A DNA stretch of 61,645 nt, filler included, from Hausera hauseri (lineage: Eukaryota): NCBI GenBank assembly GCA_046269625.1. It is 11 parts of 11 records of this genome, joined end to end, with 100 filler letters (N's around TTAATTAATTAA, not from the genome) between each part and the next. Parts side by side here need not be neighbours in the genome. Positions count along the whole stretch, not along the records: positions 36,815 to 40,793 come from JBJURY010842857.1; positions 40,894 to 46,204 come from JBJURY010283061.1; positions 46,305 to 50,344 come from JBJURY010801755.1; 8 more parts are not named here. One strand, written 5' to 3'. Of the stretch, positions 37,885 to 50,344 are shown piece after piece. The notes beneath the pieces are model-generated. The model was not told the DNA's origin and made no database searches. It saw only the letters and a program-made list of their open reading frames with translations. Position 1 is the stretch's first letter; every line of letters begins with the position of its first letter. The translations under genes and the position numbers were made by a program.

Positions 37885-38102
37885 TATGATAAAGATGAAG
37901 AATTTCCAAAAAACGATTGTTAAACGTAAACCTACCAAGCGGGTGTCCGGCGGCAAGAAACGTGTGCCAAAATGAAGCGCCACTACAGTCAAGTGATTAA
38001 TCAATTCTGTGCTTCGAACAACAACCAGACGCAAATTACCGTCAAAGTGGCAACGGTTATAAACAACTACGTCTCATCAGCAGCATCAATACGTCCACAA
38101 AA

Positions 38103-38426
38103 AATGCTATTCAAACGTAGTCACCAGTACTTTATTGCTTTGCTCAAGGCACTTACGAGACATAAGCGAAACATGCTGCGATCATTCCCACAGTTTGTAG
38201 TAAACAGTTTGATGGAAATTTTATACAATATCGTTGTGGGTCACGTTGACATTGGTAGTCGAAAGCGGAATTTACTAAAGTATCGAAAACGACTCATTGG
38301 CTTTGCCAACGCCCGTAGTAAACGACTGAAACGAGAGGTCATGTACCAGCAAGATGTCGGATTCCTTGGTGCAATTATATTAATTGTCACTTAATTACTG
38401 GGTGGACTCATTGGTTTTACAGCATA
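38103..38426 (+). pseudogene. Conserved small Polinton virion protein (pX/gasderminX-like)
   Basis: SLMEILYNIVVG..LLKYRKRL..QQDVGFLGAII..LLGGL resembles the Polinton ORF ending QxGGFL plus a hydrophobic tail; lies between ATPase and integrase. Confidence 0.6.
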
Positions 38427-38538
38427 GTATAAACAATGACGGTAGGTATATGATGATTCAGTGATATGGGTGCATGGTTTTCATCATTTTGCCCCTGTTT
38501 ACCGAATCCTTCATTTACGTTTTGTTCTAATTGTTGCA

Positions 38539-39585
38539 ATGCAAGCAAATCCGGCACCATCGACGACGACAACACCGATGGACGACGTGTGGTTTAACCC
38601 TCGTCATCCCGTCGGGTATACTGGCGACGACAAACTGGCAAAGACTGTCAAACAGACTCGGCAACAGACCCTACGTTGGCTCGGGAAACAGTTAGCATAC
38701 AAACTAAACAAACCGATAAGAAGGCGGTTTCCAACTCGTGCATATCGTGCTGACGGTGTAAATAAGGTATGGAAAATGGATCTGATGGAAATAATTCCGT
38801 ACGCCAGCATCAACGATGGGTATGGGTACGTGTTGACATGCGCTGATGTGTTTAGTCGTTTTGCACATGCAATTGCTGTGAAATCTAAATCCGGTAAAGA
38901 GATTACCGACGCTGTTCAGATGCCGATTCAACAACAACAACCGAAGCATTTACAAACGGATTTAAGTAAGGAATTATACAAAGCCCACGTTGCAGCGGTC
39001 TTGAAACGGTTCGGAGTAAACCACAAATAAAAGGCTGCACTTGTTAAACGATTTAATCGAACATTGCGCGGTCGCCTAAAGAAATTCTTTACGAAGCAAG
39101 GCAGCAAACGCTGGGTAGATGTGCTGCCGGATATTGTTCATGCATACAATCATTCGACACACCGTGATATCAATGGATTACGGCCGATTGACGTAATCAA
39201 TGATTTGGACATGTGGCTCTATCAAAACCGACAACAGACAATTAAATGCCCAAAATATAAAATCGGTGCTTACGTACGCATTTTGAAAATAAGTACGACG
39301 CCATTCATTAAGAATTTTAATCAGAACTGGAGCCATGAGGTTTTTCGAATTTCAGCAATCAACACAAAACAAACACCTGTCATGTACGTTTTAAAGGATG
39401 AAAAGGGTTATGAAATACGCGGTAAATTCTACGAACAGGAACTGCAGGTACTGCCCGAAAAACCCGATGTGTATCGTATTCAGAAAATTCTACGTTCATG
39501 TGACAAAGGTTCGAATGAACAATATCTCGTCAAGTGGCGCGGACCCACTGCACCGAGTTGAGTATTTGCATCACAGATTGAGTGA
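38539..39585 (+). pseudogene. Polinton retroviral-like (rve) integrase with chromodomain
   Basis: WFNPRHPVGY..WKMDL..YVLTCADVFSRFA..LQTDLSKE..RFNRTL..YNHS.H..NWSHEVF..KFYEQELQ..YLVKW. Confidence 0.93.
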
Positions 39586-40648
39586 TGAGCATTTATTTGA
39601 TATTTGATAGTAACAGATTATCAGAACATGAAAACAATAACAACAACAATACCGCTGAATGGTTTACCATGACGTTGGACCAGCCGCTTGACTTACGCCA
39701 GGGAGCCTGGGAAGTGGCTTTGGCGGATTTCACGATTACATTTTCGCCAAAAACAATACGTGAGAACAGTGGAATATACTATATTCTACTAAGACAGTCT
39801 CCTGAATCTAGTCGTTTGTAGCTAGTTCGAGACTCTAATGGAACATTTCACGTTTACAATTACCAACGGCAATATTTCGCGGTTTATATTTTTCATTTAA
39901 ACAATTGATTGGTGCCAAAACACAAACATCCGACTGAATTGCAATTTAAATCACTTGAGACTCTCAGGCATGGGGTTTTCAATCATTTGCCAATGTACTC
40001 TCGAAAGGTCTACAGCTCGGTGGACATAATATAATTAGTGAAAAATTGAACTTTTCCACTGCGAAAACTACCGATATTACAGTGAACTGGCAAAGACTGA
40101 ATCATTCATTAACTCTCATACAACAGGAATTGGTTTTCTTACGGAAACGGAAACCGAATTGTGTGCAACCATCAAGGCAGTAGCTAAATTGGTTCTCAAG
40201 ACATTTGAAATAAACTTTGATGGTCGTATTTTGTTTATACTACATGATAATGTTACATATTTTGCTTTTGATGAACTATTGGCAAGGAATCTGGGTTTTA
40301 AGAAACTAGAATTTGGTCAAACCGGCGGCGGACGTTACATGTTGCTAAACACAAACCACGTCTCTACGAAGCATTTCATCGAATCAGTATTTTAACGGTT
40401 CTAACCGAACCCGTATATGTTGGCGGAGACCGTAAACAACTATTGGCTTCTATTGGACTGGATTCGGACACGTAAAAAACACCGGGCGAAACTGCTCATG
40501 TAAATATCATCCGGCCCATATACTATCGTTTTCTCACAGTGTTGTGCACAGTATTTCCGTGCATATAGTAGACGAATTTTAGAAACCCATTAAATTTCTG
40601 TTCGGAGCCAAGACACATTTGATGCTACATTTTCGTCGTCATCAATAA
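39585..40648 (+). pseudogene. Penton paralogue 1 (second copy)
   Basis: MSIYLIFDSN..NTAEWFTMTLDQPLDL..WEVALADF; DNVTYFAFDELLARN shared with 21242-21571; ends LHFRRHQ. Confidence 0.85.
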
Positions 40649-40683
40649 CAAACAAACTGCGTCATCATGATCATTATCGAGAT

Positions 40684-40793
40684 CATTAGTATTTACGTGG
40701 TGTTGCCGAGCAACATTTGTCCGACGACTCGTCCGAACAATTCAGCCAGTGAATACGTTGTAGATTGGAACAATCCTTTGGATTTATCTGCTG
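40684..40793 (+). pseudogene. Penton paralogue 2 N-terminus (second copy, cut by gap)
   Basis: SIYVVLPSNICPTTRPNNSASEYVVDWNNPLDLS, almost identical to the N-terminus starting at 20843. Confidence 0.85.
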
Positions 40794-40893
40794 NNNNNNN
40801 NNNNNNNNNNNNNNNNNNNNNNNNNNNNNNNNNNNNNTTAATTAATTAANNNNNNNNNNNNNNNNNNNNNNNNNNNNNNNNNNNNNNNNNNNN

Positions 40894-42562
40894 CACCAAT
40901 ATATTACATTGATCTATACGATCTAATGTAATTTATATCATTTAGAATATTTCTAGTGATCATGTTTGATCACAATGATTCTCTGTCAATTTAACCCATA
41001 AACAATAATACTCCTCAATCCTTGAAGGAAATTAAGCCAATATTTGAATGTGGCAAATTTTAATTGTTTGTCGTTATTTTGAATACATTTGAGGTTAGCT
41101 GTTTTCCTTGAATGGGCTTTCTTATTTCTAATTTATTATATTCCGATCATCTTGCGTACAATTGTAGTTTGCTGTTTAACATATGTTTTTCTGTAATCTT
41201 CAAATACAACGAAGACAAATCCGGCCGGTTTTCGTGCAATTTAAACTGGTTTTGCAGATTCAATCTTTAAGACATTCTATATTTCTTTTTCTCTGGCATC
41301 TTTAGTAAATCACCAATGTATACTTTTATTTCTTCTTTTGACCTAGACATTAAATAACCGCCTTTTACAATGTTTTAACTATTCAAAGTACCAGTTTTTG
41401 CATGTTCTAATTTGTATAAACCTCAATCAAGTAGTTCCTACATTGTTCAACTATATACTGTCCGATGACCAACTTTCTTTATCGCTTTCATCATCATGAA
41501 CCCCAGACGTTTTGAATAAAGGTCTTTTATCCATTTTATTACAGTTACATTTATCATCTGAATTTGGGTTAGTGTAATTTTCTTTAAATTCATAAGTTAC
41601 ACAATCGCAGTTGCAATGTGATTCTCTTAGTATACCACTTTTGTTGACTTGTAACGGAATTCAGAAAACCTATTATTAAAGGACCTGCGTCCGAATCACA
41701 AACTGATGGAATTACGGTACTCTCAGGTTTTTCCACATCCTTTACTTTTGACATGTAGAGCCCTTGTCAGACAAAGGATCAAACGCTGAAGCTGGGCTAG
41801 GACTGCTAAATTTTTCCTATAACCTTTTTCATAAAATCGTCATACGCATCTCCAGTTTGTTGGTGGTGAGCCATTGTAGTACCCACATATCTTGATCCTA
41901 ATTTAACATTCGAATCTGATGGATTAAAAACTCTATCAACGTCGTGAACCGCAGTTGACGGACTTGGATATCTTTGGGGCTTTAACTTTTTGTTTATCAT
42001 AGAGTCTTTTAGACATATCTTCAGTTTGATGATGTTTAGATATCATAGGACTTGTACGACTAGGTTGATGAACGTTAGTATATGGATTTTAGGTTTGTCT
42101 TTCGTTTTCTAATAATTAGATATCTTAGGACTTGTGATTAGACGGACGAACGTCGATCCAACTTGTAAAACATTTTCCGACTAGTGATCATACTTCCATG
42201 ATATTTCGACATCTTTTAGTCGACGATGCCTTCCTGTTGTGTACTGTCTCAACAACTTTTAGTGCCTCTTTACATTTTTCGCTACAGCTATCGCCTCCCC
42301 GTCTCCGCGAGCGCCGCCAGGAGTTGTTGTCTACACGTTAATTCTAGCATATTTCATTTTCATATCACATACACTCAATTCAACAAATTTCAACCCCCCA
42401 ACATCGAATAATTTAAATACAAACAATACAATCAAACATATGAACATGCATATATACCTAAACATATGTCTATATATATACACAAATTTATGTCTACCTC
42501 TCACCCCTACTTAACCTTTTGATATTAACCGGATTGCCGAACTAAACAGTTGGGTTCCAACA
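40894..42562. mobile_element. LTR-like element end inserted into pPolB, with decayed minus-strand coding remnants
   Basis: Ends GGATTGCCGAACTAAACAGTTGGGTTCCAACA, as at 8573-8603; shares the motif CCCCGTCTCC.CGA..G.CGCCAGG; PolB sequence starts immediately after. Confidence 0.6.
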
Positions 42563-45553
42563 CAAGCCTCTATTGAAATCCTTTAACATTAAGGATTTTA
42601 TTATTGAGGACTATTCAAGGCTCATTAGCGAAGCCGAAGAAGGCCAGGACAAGAAGAGCGGTTGGATTTTAGCAACAATAAAGGGGTTACTTGTGCATGT
42701 GCACAAGTATTCTCCCAGGAGAGGCAGCTTCTACATACCGCTTCCTGATTGGATAGTTAAGGAAAAGGCATGCACCAATGTCCACAATTAGGACAGCATG
42801 TGCTTCATGTATTCTATTTTGTCAAAACTAATCCAGGATCAACATAATGCTTCCCGAGTTTGGATATATGACAAAGTGCAGCATACATACGACTTCAGCT
42901 GTATTTCATTCCCGCCGACCCTAGATGAAGTCGTGAAATTTAAAAGCTTGAACAACATCTCCATCGACATCTTCGGATTGGAGGAGGACAAATTTTATTC
43001 CTTACATGTGTGCAAGGAGGAATTGGAGGATCATAGGGATCTGCTCCTGCTAGATGATGGAGAAACGAGGCATTTCATCTGGATCAAGAATTTTGAGCGC
43101 CTCGTAGGATCCCGAATATCCAAGCATAAATCAAGACTGGAAATATGCAAGAGATGCTTTACACATTTTAATGGGGAGAAAAGCTGGTGGAACACAGGAC
43201 GTAGTTCAATTCAAAATATTGCATCCGAGCAGAATTCCCCAAGGAGGATTACCTGGAATTCAAGGAGTTCGAGAAAATGCAGAAAGTGCCGATTTTCTTC
43301 TATAGTGATTTTGAGGCCATTCTAAGCCCAGTTCACAGGTGCAGCCCTAATCCCTAACATAGCAGCACAACAACATACCAATATCATGAACTCTCATCAT
43401 ATTGTATGTATGCCAAAGCAGTGGACAGTGAACGATTTTTATTAAGAGGGCTAGACGCAGCAGCACATTTCATGAAGAGATTAGAAGACATGGCTTATAG
43501 GCTTGAAAACATGCTTCACAGCATAAGGATACAATGAGTATGTCGAAGCAGCAAGAAGATGAATGGCGCAATGCAACAACATGTTACTTGTGAGACAAGT
43601 CCTTCACCAAGGATAATTATAAAGACAGGGATCATTGCCATTTTACAGGCACATATCGAGGAGCAGCATGCAACAACTGCAACTTACGCTGAAAAACATG
43701 CACATATGTGTCTGTAGTGTTCCATAATCTTAGTGGCTATGATTCCCACTTCACTGTTTGGGAACTGGGTAATAATGAGGGAAACATCGATTCATAGACA
43801 GCTTCCGCTTCATCAGCTCGTCACTGGATAGTTTAGTGAAGAACCTCCTTGTAGAAGAACTCAAAAAGACAAAGAGGTTCTTCCCCACTGCATTTGACCT
43901 CGTCAAGAGGAAGGGCCTTTTTCCCTATGACTATATAACGTCATGAGAAACACGGGATAAAAAAGCATTACCGGACAAGAAGGACTTTTATAGTCAGTTA
44001 TCATCCAGTCATATTAGCGGTGCTGACTATGAGCATGCCCAAAGAGTACGGCAAACCTTCCAGTGCAGGACAATAGGGGAATACAGTGATATCTATCTTC
44101 TCACAGATGTGCTGCTGCTTACAGATGTCTTTGAAAGCTTCCAGGATGTGACCCTTAAGACCCACAAGTTAGATCCAGCCCATTTCTTTACAGCTTCAGG
44201 AATGAGATGGGCGGCGATACTGCTCCATACCGGCATAAGGCTCCAGATATTGAAGGATTACAATATGGTCCTCATGGTTGAGAGGGGTATCAGGGGTGGA
44301 ATATGCCAGGCCATTCACAGGTACCGTGAGGCCAACAACAGATACATGGCAGATTATGATCCATCAAAGGAATCCTCATATATATCATATCTGGATGCCA
44401 ACAACTTGTATGGATGGGCAATGAGCAACCCATTGCACTATGATAACTTTAAATGGTCGAGAATCCTGAAGACATGCCAATATTGGACCTAGATCCCACT
44501 GGAGATACGGGGTATATACTGGAGGTGGATGTGGAATACCCACATAGCACCCACACAAGGAATGAGCAGCTGCCATTTCTGCCGGAGAGCAAGAGGCCAC
44601 TAAATGGTAAGCATAATAAGCTGCTCTGTCATCTCGAAACCAGGGAGAGGTAGGTAGTCCACTACATCAATCTCCAACAGGCCATCCAAAATAGACTCCA
44701 AGTCATCAGAATTTATCGGTCCCTGCAGTTTAGCTAGTCCAAATGGCTGAATCCATACATACACCTCAATAATCAGTTTAGGGCCAATGCCAATAAAGAG
44801 TTTGAAAAGGACCAATTCAAGTTGTATAAAAACTCGGTCTTTGGCAAAACTATGGAGAACATCCAGAACCGGATAAACATTGAGCTGATATGTGACAGGA
44901 AGAGAGCAAAGAAACTCATCGCTAAGCTTAACTTCTACAGCAGCACAATCTACACGGAGAATCTGGTGAGCATCCATATGCTCAAGGCATCACTTGAGTT
45001 CAAACAGCCTATATATGTGGGCATGTCCATATTGGATCTATCCAAGACCTTGATGTATGACTTTCATTATAACATCATGGTCCCCACATTCAAGGAGATC
45101 CAGCTAATGTACATGGACACGGACGGTTTCATATACCAGATCCGCACAGATGATGTCTTTGAAAAGTATGCAAAATTGGCGCAGTATATGGATACCTCAG
45201 ACTATCCGAAGGATTATCCAAATTATTCATTTACCAACAAGAAGATCCTCGGGAAGTTTAAAGACGAGGTGAATAGGAAGATCATCACCCGTTTTGTGGC
45301 GTTTAGGTCAAAAATGTACGCCATCGATGTAAGTGGTCAGGTAAAGAAGTGGGCCAAGGAAGTTCAAAGGGCCACATTAGCTAAAAACATTGACTTTGGA
45401 GATTTTGAGAGTGTTGCGGGAGCAAAGTCACAGTCAGCGAGATGAAAAGGATCCAGTCCCGGGAACATCATATTGTTACAGTTGCTCTGCGGAAGAAAAA
45501 TCACGATTGGTTCGATGATAAGAGATATATTCTTGAAGACGGCATTATTGTAA
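42563..45553 (+). pseudogene. Protein-primed family B DNA polymerase (second copy)
   Basis: KSGWIL..RGSFYIPLP..KACTNVHN; RDHCHFTGTYRGAACNNCN; YLDANNLYGWAMS; NSVFGKTMEN; YMDTDGF; GKFKDE; DDKRYI. Confidence 0.93.
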
Positions 45554-45761
45554 CTATGTACGTATTGTTATTCTTTGTTCAATAAATGTTGTAGAAATAT
45601 CGTGTTGTTTTCTTGATCAAGTAATGTGGGATAAGGCTAAGTAAAACTAAGTAACTACTATATAGGTTAAGACTAAGTGAAACTTAGATCAATAAAATCA
45701 ATTCATTTGAATAATAAATACAGTGCGACATTTACTTGCATTAATCTTTCATTATTTCAAA

Positions 45762-46037
45762 ATGTTGAAAACTTCTCCGATTTGTTGGGAGCAGATGCCT
45801 GATAAAACAATGAGATTGGCGGTATGCGACACGCATACTTTCTGCATAGGCTGTCTGCAGAAATGGCTAAGCACTAGAATGTCTTGTCCACTATGCAGAA
45901 CAAAGTGTGAGTATGTGATAGTCCAGGATGTTGAAGACCATTGCCTGTATGTAACATGGGTAGGGTGCCTGATAAAACCCCTACATGAATTCTTACCAGA
46001 CAGTGACAGTGACAGTGATGATACTATTATTATGTGA
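45762..46037 (+). CDS. Small C3HC4 RING-finger protein (putative E3 ligase) with acidic tail, downstream of pPolB
   Basis: (S)PIC..CDTHTFCIGCLQKW..SCPLCR..DSDSDSDD; first Cys appears mutated TGT>TCT. Confidence 0.8.
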   Translation: MLKTSPICWEQMPDKTMRLAVCDTHTFCIGCLQKWLSTRMSCPLCRTKCEYVIVQDVEDHCLYVTWVGCLIKPLHEFLPDSDSDSDDTIIM

Positions 46038-46304
46038 TTGATTTGTTCAATACATGTTGTTTTCAATATACTTTAAGTCTTTTAAAACCAACTAATTTCA
46101 TAACACATTTATTTAGTAACAATATAACTTTGATATGACTCTAAACACTTTTTATAGGCACAATATGAACCATGTTCACGATAAATACATGTAATGTTTG
46201 TTGGNNNNNNNNNNNNNNNNNNNNNNNNNNNNNNNNNNNNNNNNNNNNTTAATTAATTAANNNNNNNNNNNNNNNNNNNNNNNNNNNNNNNNNNNNNNNN
46301 NNNN

Positions 46305-46996
46305 TAAAATTGTGACTGGGGACGAAACGTGGGTCAAGTTCGTTAATGCAGAGACCAAGGAACAGTCTAAACAATGGATGCATTGTCATTTCCCAAACAA
46401 ACCCAAAAAATTCAAACAAACGTTTCCAAACCGAAAGATGATGGCAACGGTGTTTTGGGATCTCAGAGCAGTATTGCTGACGGAATTCATGAAACCAGGC
46501 ACGACAATAACGTCTGATGTTTACTGCAAAACACTGAAAAAGCTTCGAAGATCAATCCAAAACAATCGCGCGGGATGCTTATGTCTGGCGTTATTCTTCT
46601 GCATGACAACACGAGGTCCCAGACCGCATTTGGCACACAAGCTTTATTGCAGCAGTTTAATTGGGAAATTTTCGAACATCCGCCATACAGTCTGGATTTA
46701 GCTCCAAGCAACTATCATTTGTTCACCAAGATGAAAGTTTGGTTAGCTAATCAACACTTCAAAACAGACGATGAGCTGATGCAAGGAGTTCAGAATTGGC
46801 TGCATACGCTGGCAGCTGAGGTATTTGACGAAGGTATCCAAAAGCTTGTGCCAAAGTACGATAAATCCTAAATGTTACTGGAGACTATGGTGAAAAGTAG
46901 AAAACAAATGTAACATTTTTGTATAGTACCGACTTTGTAGCAATATTTGTACTTTGTAAATAAACCATCGGGAGTTAATTTCTGAATTGCCCTCGT
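46305..46996 (+). mobile_element. mariner transposon 3' part (transposase catalytic domain and right TIR)
   Basis: IVTGDETWV, LLHDNTR, HPPYSLDLAPSNYHLF (D34D-type, third D mutated to N), frameshift near 46570; terminus ..TTCTGAATTGCCCTCGT. Confidence 0.9.
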
Positions 46997-47491
46997 TCAT
47001 GAGATATGAAAGAAATGTACATTTTTGTAGTCAAAATAATGCTGCAAACATCTTTATTTCATTCCGCCATACTTTCTTTTTTGTTATGATAAGATATAGA
47101 AATCCGTTGATATTATCCTTTGATAATTTTTGTTTAAAAGCTTTCCGACCTTTTGATTCAATGTAAAAATAATACTCTATCAAGGATTATTTTCTTTCAC
47201 TTGTTTTATTCTGACAAAGTTCAGTAGTCAAAATGTAAGTGGCTAAAAAGAACATTAAAAGAATTTAGAGCAGGAAAATTTTCTCAAACTAAAATTTTCC
47301 ATATCCCTTATTACAAAATATACATAAACCCTGCTAATGGTGTTTTTTATACTCCTGATTTATAATTCTATTATTAATAGATCCATCGAGTTATTTTAAT
47401 TTTCAAAAAAGTAAACGTCGAGCGACTTTATTCAATGACTTGATAACCGTGTCTAAAAATTAAAGGCTTTCATAGATTTTATTTATTACAG

Positions 47492-47860
47492 AATGAGCGA
47501 CTCAGTGCTGAAGCTGCCTTACAAAGTCCATTTCTAGCCCAGGGTCGCCACTTGTTCCATTCGTTTCTTTGTGCCTGTTGTCCGCATCCAGCCGAAAATG
47601 TTTCGAAGAGTAACAGTATCATGTGGAACGATGTGACGATGCTGAATTCTCAGAACATAATAAATCAGAGATTCATGCAAGATCCTCAGTTATTCGAACC
47701 AGCGTTTAATGGTCAACTATTTTGTTCCGATATCAACGATGGCATATCTAATTTGTACGAAGCTCGAATGAAGATTTACACATTGGGTCAGACCTACTAT
47801 AACAACGAACCGACCAAACCGAGACTTGTTAGAGTCGTTTTTATAATCAGAATACACTGA
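47492..47860 (+). CDS. Putative terminal exon of a divergent Nemo-like kinase (NLK/LIT-1-like)
   Basis: TTTATTACAG acceptor, then NERLSAEAALQSPFLAQGRHLFHSFLCACC..FEP, resembling NLK KRISAKDALAHPYLDEGRLRYHTCMCKCC..FEP. Confidence 0.55.
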   Translation, partial: NERLSAEAALQSPFLAQGRHLFHSFLCACCPHPAENVSKSNSIMWNDVTMLNSQNIINQRFMQDPQLFEPAFNGQLFCSDINDGISNLYEARMKIYTLGQTYYNNEPTKPRLVRVVFIIRIH

Positions 47861-48289
47861 TAAGATCCAGTGTTGCTTTAAGGCAGATGATGCCACCAAT
47901 GCAACAGGAAATTTGTTGAATTGTACCAAAATAATCAGACATTATGTGCAGTTTTTACTACCGTTTATCATTGTTCTTGTTTATACTTCACCCGGACGCT
48001 GACAGTACGATTTTACTTTTCTGATAAACAAACCCATGATCATATGCATCGATACCACGTTCGACACAAATTATTCTAATGTGATTTTCTAACCTCTCTT
48101 CCTTCCGTCAAGATGTTGTATTTGGAAAAATGATTTTTATTTCATTTGAAAAAGAACTGTTAAATATGTATGTACATTTTAATATTATATGGTTTTTTGT
48201 GCGTTAGTAAAAAATTAGATTTGCTAATTGATGACAATAAATTCTTATTATCACCGTAAACTGTTTTATCCATTTGCTTTTTTATCCAT

Positions 48290-50344
48290 TTACCTTGGAT
48301 AAATCTTCTGTAGTAGTTTCAGATTCCCAAGGAGCTTCTCAAATTCTTGACACATTTTGATTTCTCAAAGGACTTGATTGCTTCCAGTTTTTATGGATCT
48401 GTCTCTATCCCCTTGTCATTCACTGTGCCCTAAAAATTTTACTTCTTTCTTGAGGATGTGACATTTCTCTGGGTTTATTCTGAGACCTGCTTGCGTGGTT
48501 TACTGCAATACCTTTTCAGTATCCTATAATGCTCTCCTAGAGTTTTGGAGAAGATTAGAATATCATCTAGGTATACCACTTGTAAAGCTTTGCTTTACAA
48601 AATTCAAGTACTACTAAAAAATAAATCATAGAAACTTAATAAAACATGTTAAATAAATTCCAATGCTAATAGCAAAATTTAATATCATGGATTCATCCTA
48701 ATTAAAAAAAATTATTAAAATTTCTTAACATATTAATTAAGAATTCATCTATACAAAAATAAAGAAAGCAGAATCAAAAGAGGAGAATCACAAGTGCCGT
48801 AGAAACCATCAAATTGTGATCAACAAAAAATCTGTGAATTTAAATTCAGTTGTTTAAATCCACAGTTTAAAATCAGTTGATATACTTTTAAAAAGGAATT
48901 TTCAAATAAACAAAAAGAGAAAAGGCCAGGAAGCACTATTCAGTCCCAACGGAACAAAACCAATTCCATGCCAAAAACTTCAAGGCCAGGTGAACCAATC
49001 ACCAGAGCACATGACGCAGTGGCGAAGTTCGTGTCGCCACCAACACGGGTTCATACCGGTGAAACAATAGCCAGGAAAAAGAACAGTATCAATTTGGGAT
49101 ACCGAATCCCAAAGATCTCCCGACCGGCCCAAGCTGGAGACAACGCACATGCACCCAATAATGGATCACCCGACGAGCAACTGGTAAGCAGCGAGCTACA
49201 TCCTGCCGGTTGAAACATCCAGAAGGCAGCCCGGAGAGATACTATCTCTCGCGGACAACTACGCCGCAACACCGCCAAGCAAGCCCCGTACCGGTCCTAT
49301 TCGGACTTCCTGACGGTATGGGAGCTGTTGCAACGGAGCCGTTTCGTGCGGCACCTTGACAGTTTGGGATGAGACGACCACTACTCCTTACCTGCGGGAA
49401 CGCTCTACCGGTTCTGCTACTACGGGGAAAATCGACGACTCTTTGACTCGTCGGTTTTCCTGCCGGTTTTCCTGAGACTGATGGCGGCAGCCGACCCCCT
49501 TTACGAATCACTGGCTCCCTCGGAGAGTTAGTTGATTTCGGTACCCCGAATTCCTGAACACCGACATGCAAAGACGTCGAGCTCCGACGATATACCTAAA
49601 CCTGTATAACAGGCGCCGTTTAGAGCCGGCACGACGAAAACTTACACCGTTGGATTCAAGTTTGGACGACGCTCCGACATTACACGCCGAAATATCCTAA
49701 CTGATCCAAGTTTATGTTTAGGAGGTTGTTCTTTAAGGATGAAAGCACTGTTTGTTCAATGGCCCCTAGTACTTTATCCGTTAGATCTTGTAATGTGCCC
49801 GGTGCTGCTGTTATACCAAATGGCATCCTGTTGAAACAGAACTGTCCTAATTTGGTTGAAAACGCTGTCTTCAATTTGGAGTCTTCCTCTAGCTCCACTT
49901 TGTTGTATGCATTCCCTAGGTCGATTGACGTGAAAAATTTGGTCCCGTATAACCTGTCCAATATCTTTACCACGTTAGGCATCGGGAAGGCCTGCCGTTC
50001 CCTTATAAGATTCAGCTGTCTAAAGTCCAGGCATATTCTGACATTGTTTTTGTCTTTTTTCTATACGCATATTATTGGTGTATTCCATGCTGAGTTACAT
50101 GGCTTGATAATATCGTTTTTCCATAAATTTCGGATGGTCTTGTAGATCATTTTTTATAGGTTTACTGTTTGCCTGTGAGGTTTGATATTGATCGGCGCTC
50201 CTGTCGTGTCTATTCGGTGTTAGATGAGAGATGTGCACCCTATGTCCCACTTGTCGGCCATGAATTTTTCTGGGTATTTCTGTATAATGTTGAGTAGCTC
50301 TTTGTTGTCACTCACCTGAAGAGCTTCCTTCGCCCTGTTGATTC
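48290..50344 (-). pseudogene. pol: Ty3/Gypsy reverse transcriptase fragment split by a 1165-bp insertion
   Basis: FTSIDLGNAY..KTAF..RMPFG..IEQTV | VYLDDILIFS..GLRINPEKC..KFLGH..YYRRFI; the frame rejoins across 48581-49745. Confidence 0.88.
48581..49745. mobile_element. Unclassified non-coding insertion with 4-bp duplication CACT
   Basis: CACT at 48577-48580 and 49746-49749; removing the insert restores IEQTVVYLDD. Confidence 0.75.

Noticed and set aside
32400-45000. Antisense ORFs overlapping pPolB, MCP and integrase genes
   Set aside because: Shadow frames of real coding sequence.
45630-45725. Baculovirus-like TAAG/CAGT promoter motifs before the RING gene
   Set aside because: Four-base words in AT-rich DNA with non-canonical spacing; not distinguishable from chance.
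48968-49571. ORFs within the GC-rich insertion
   Set aside because: Overlapping short frames on both strands are expected at high GC; no motifs.
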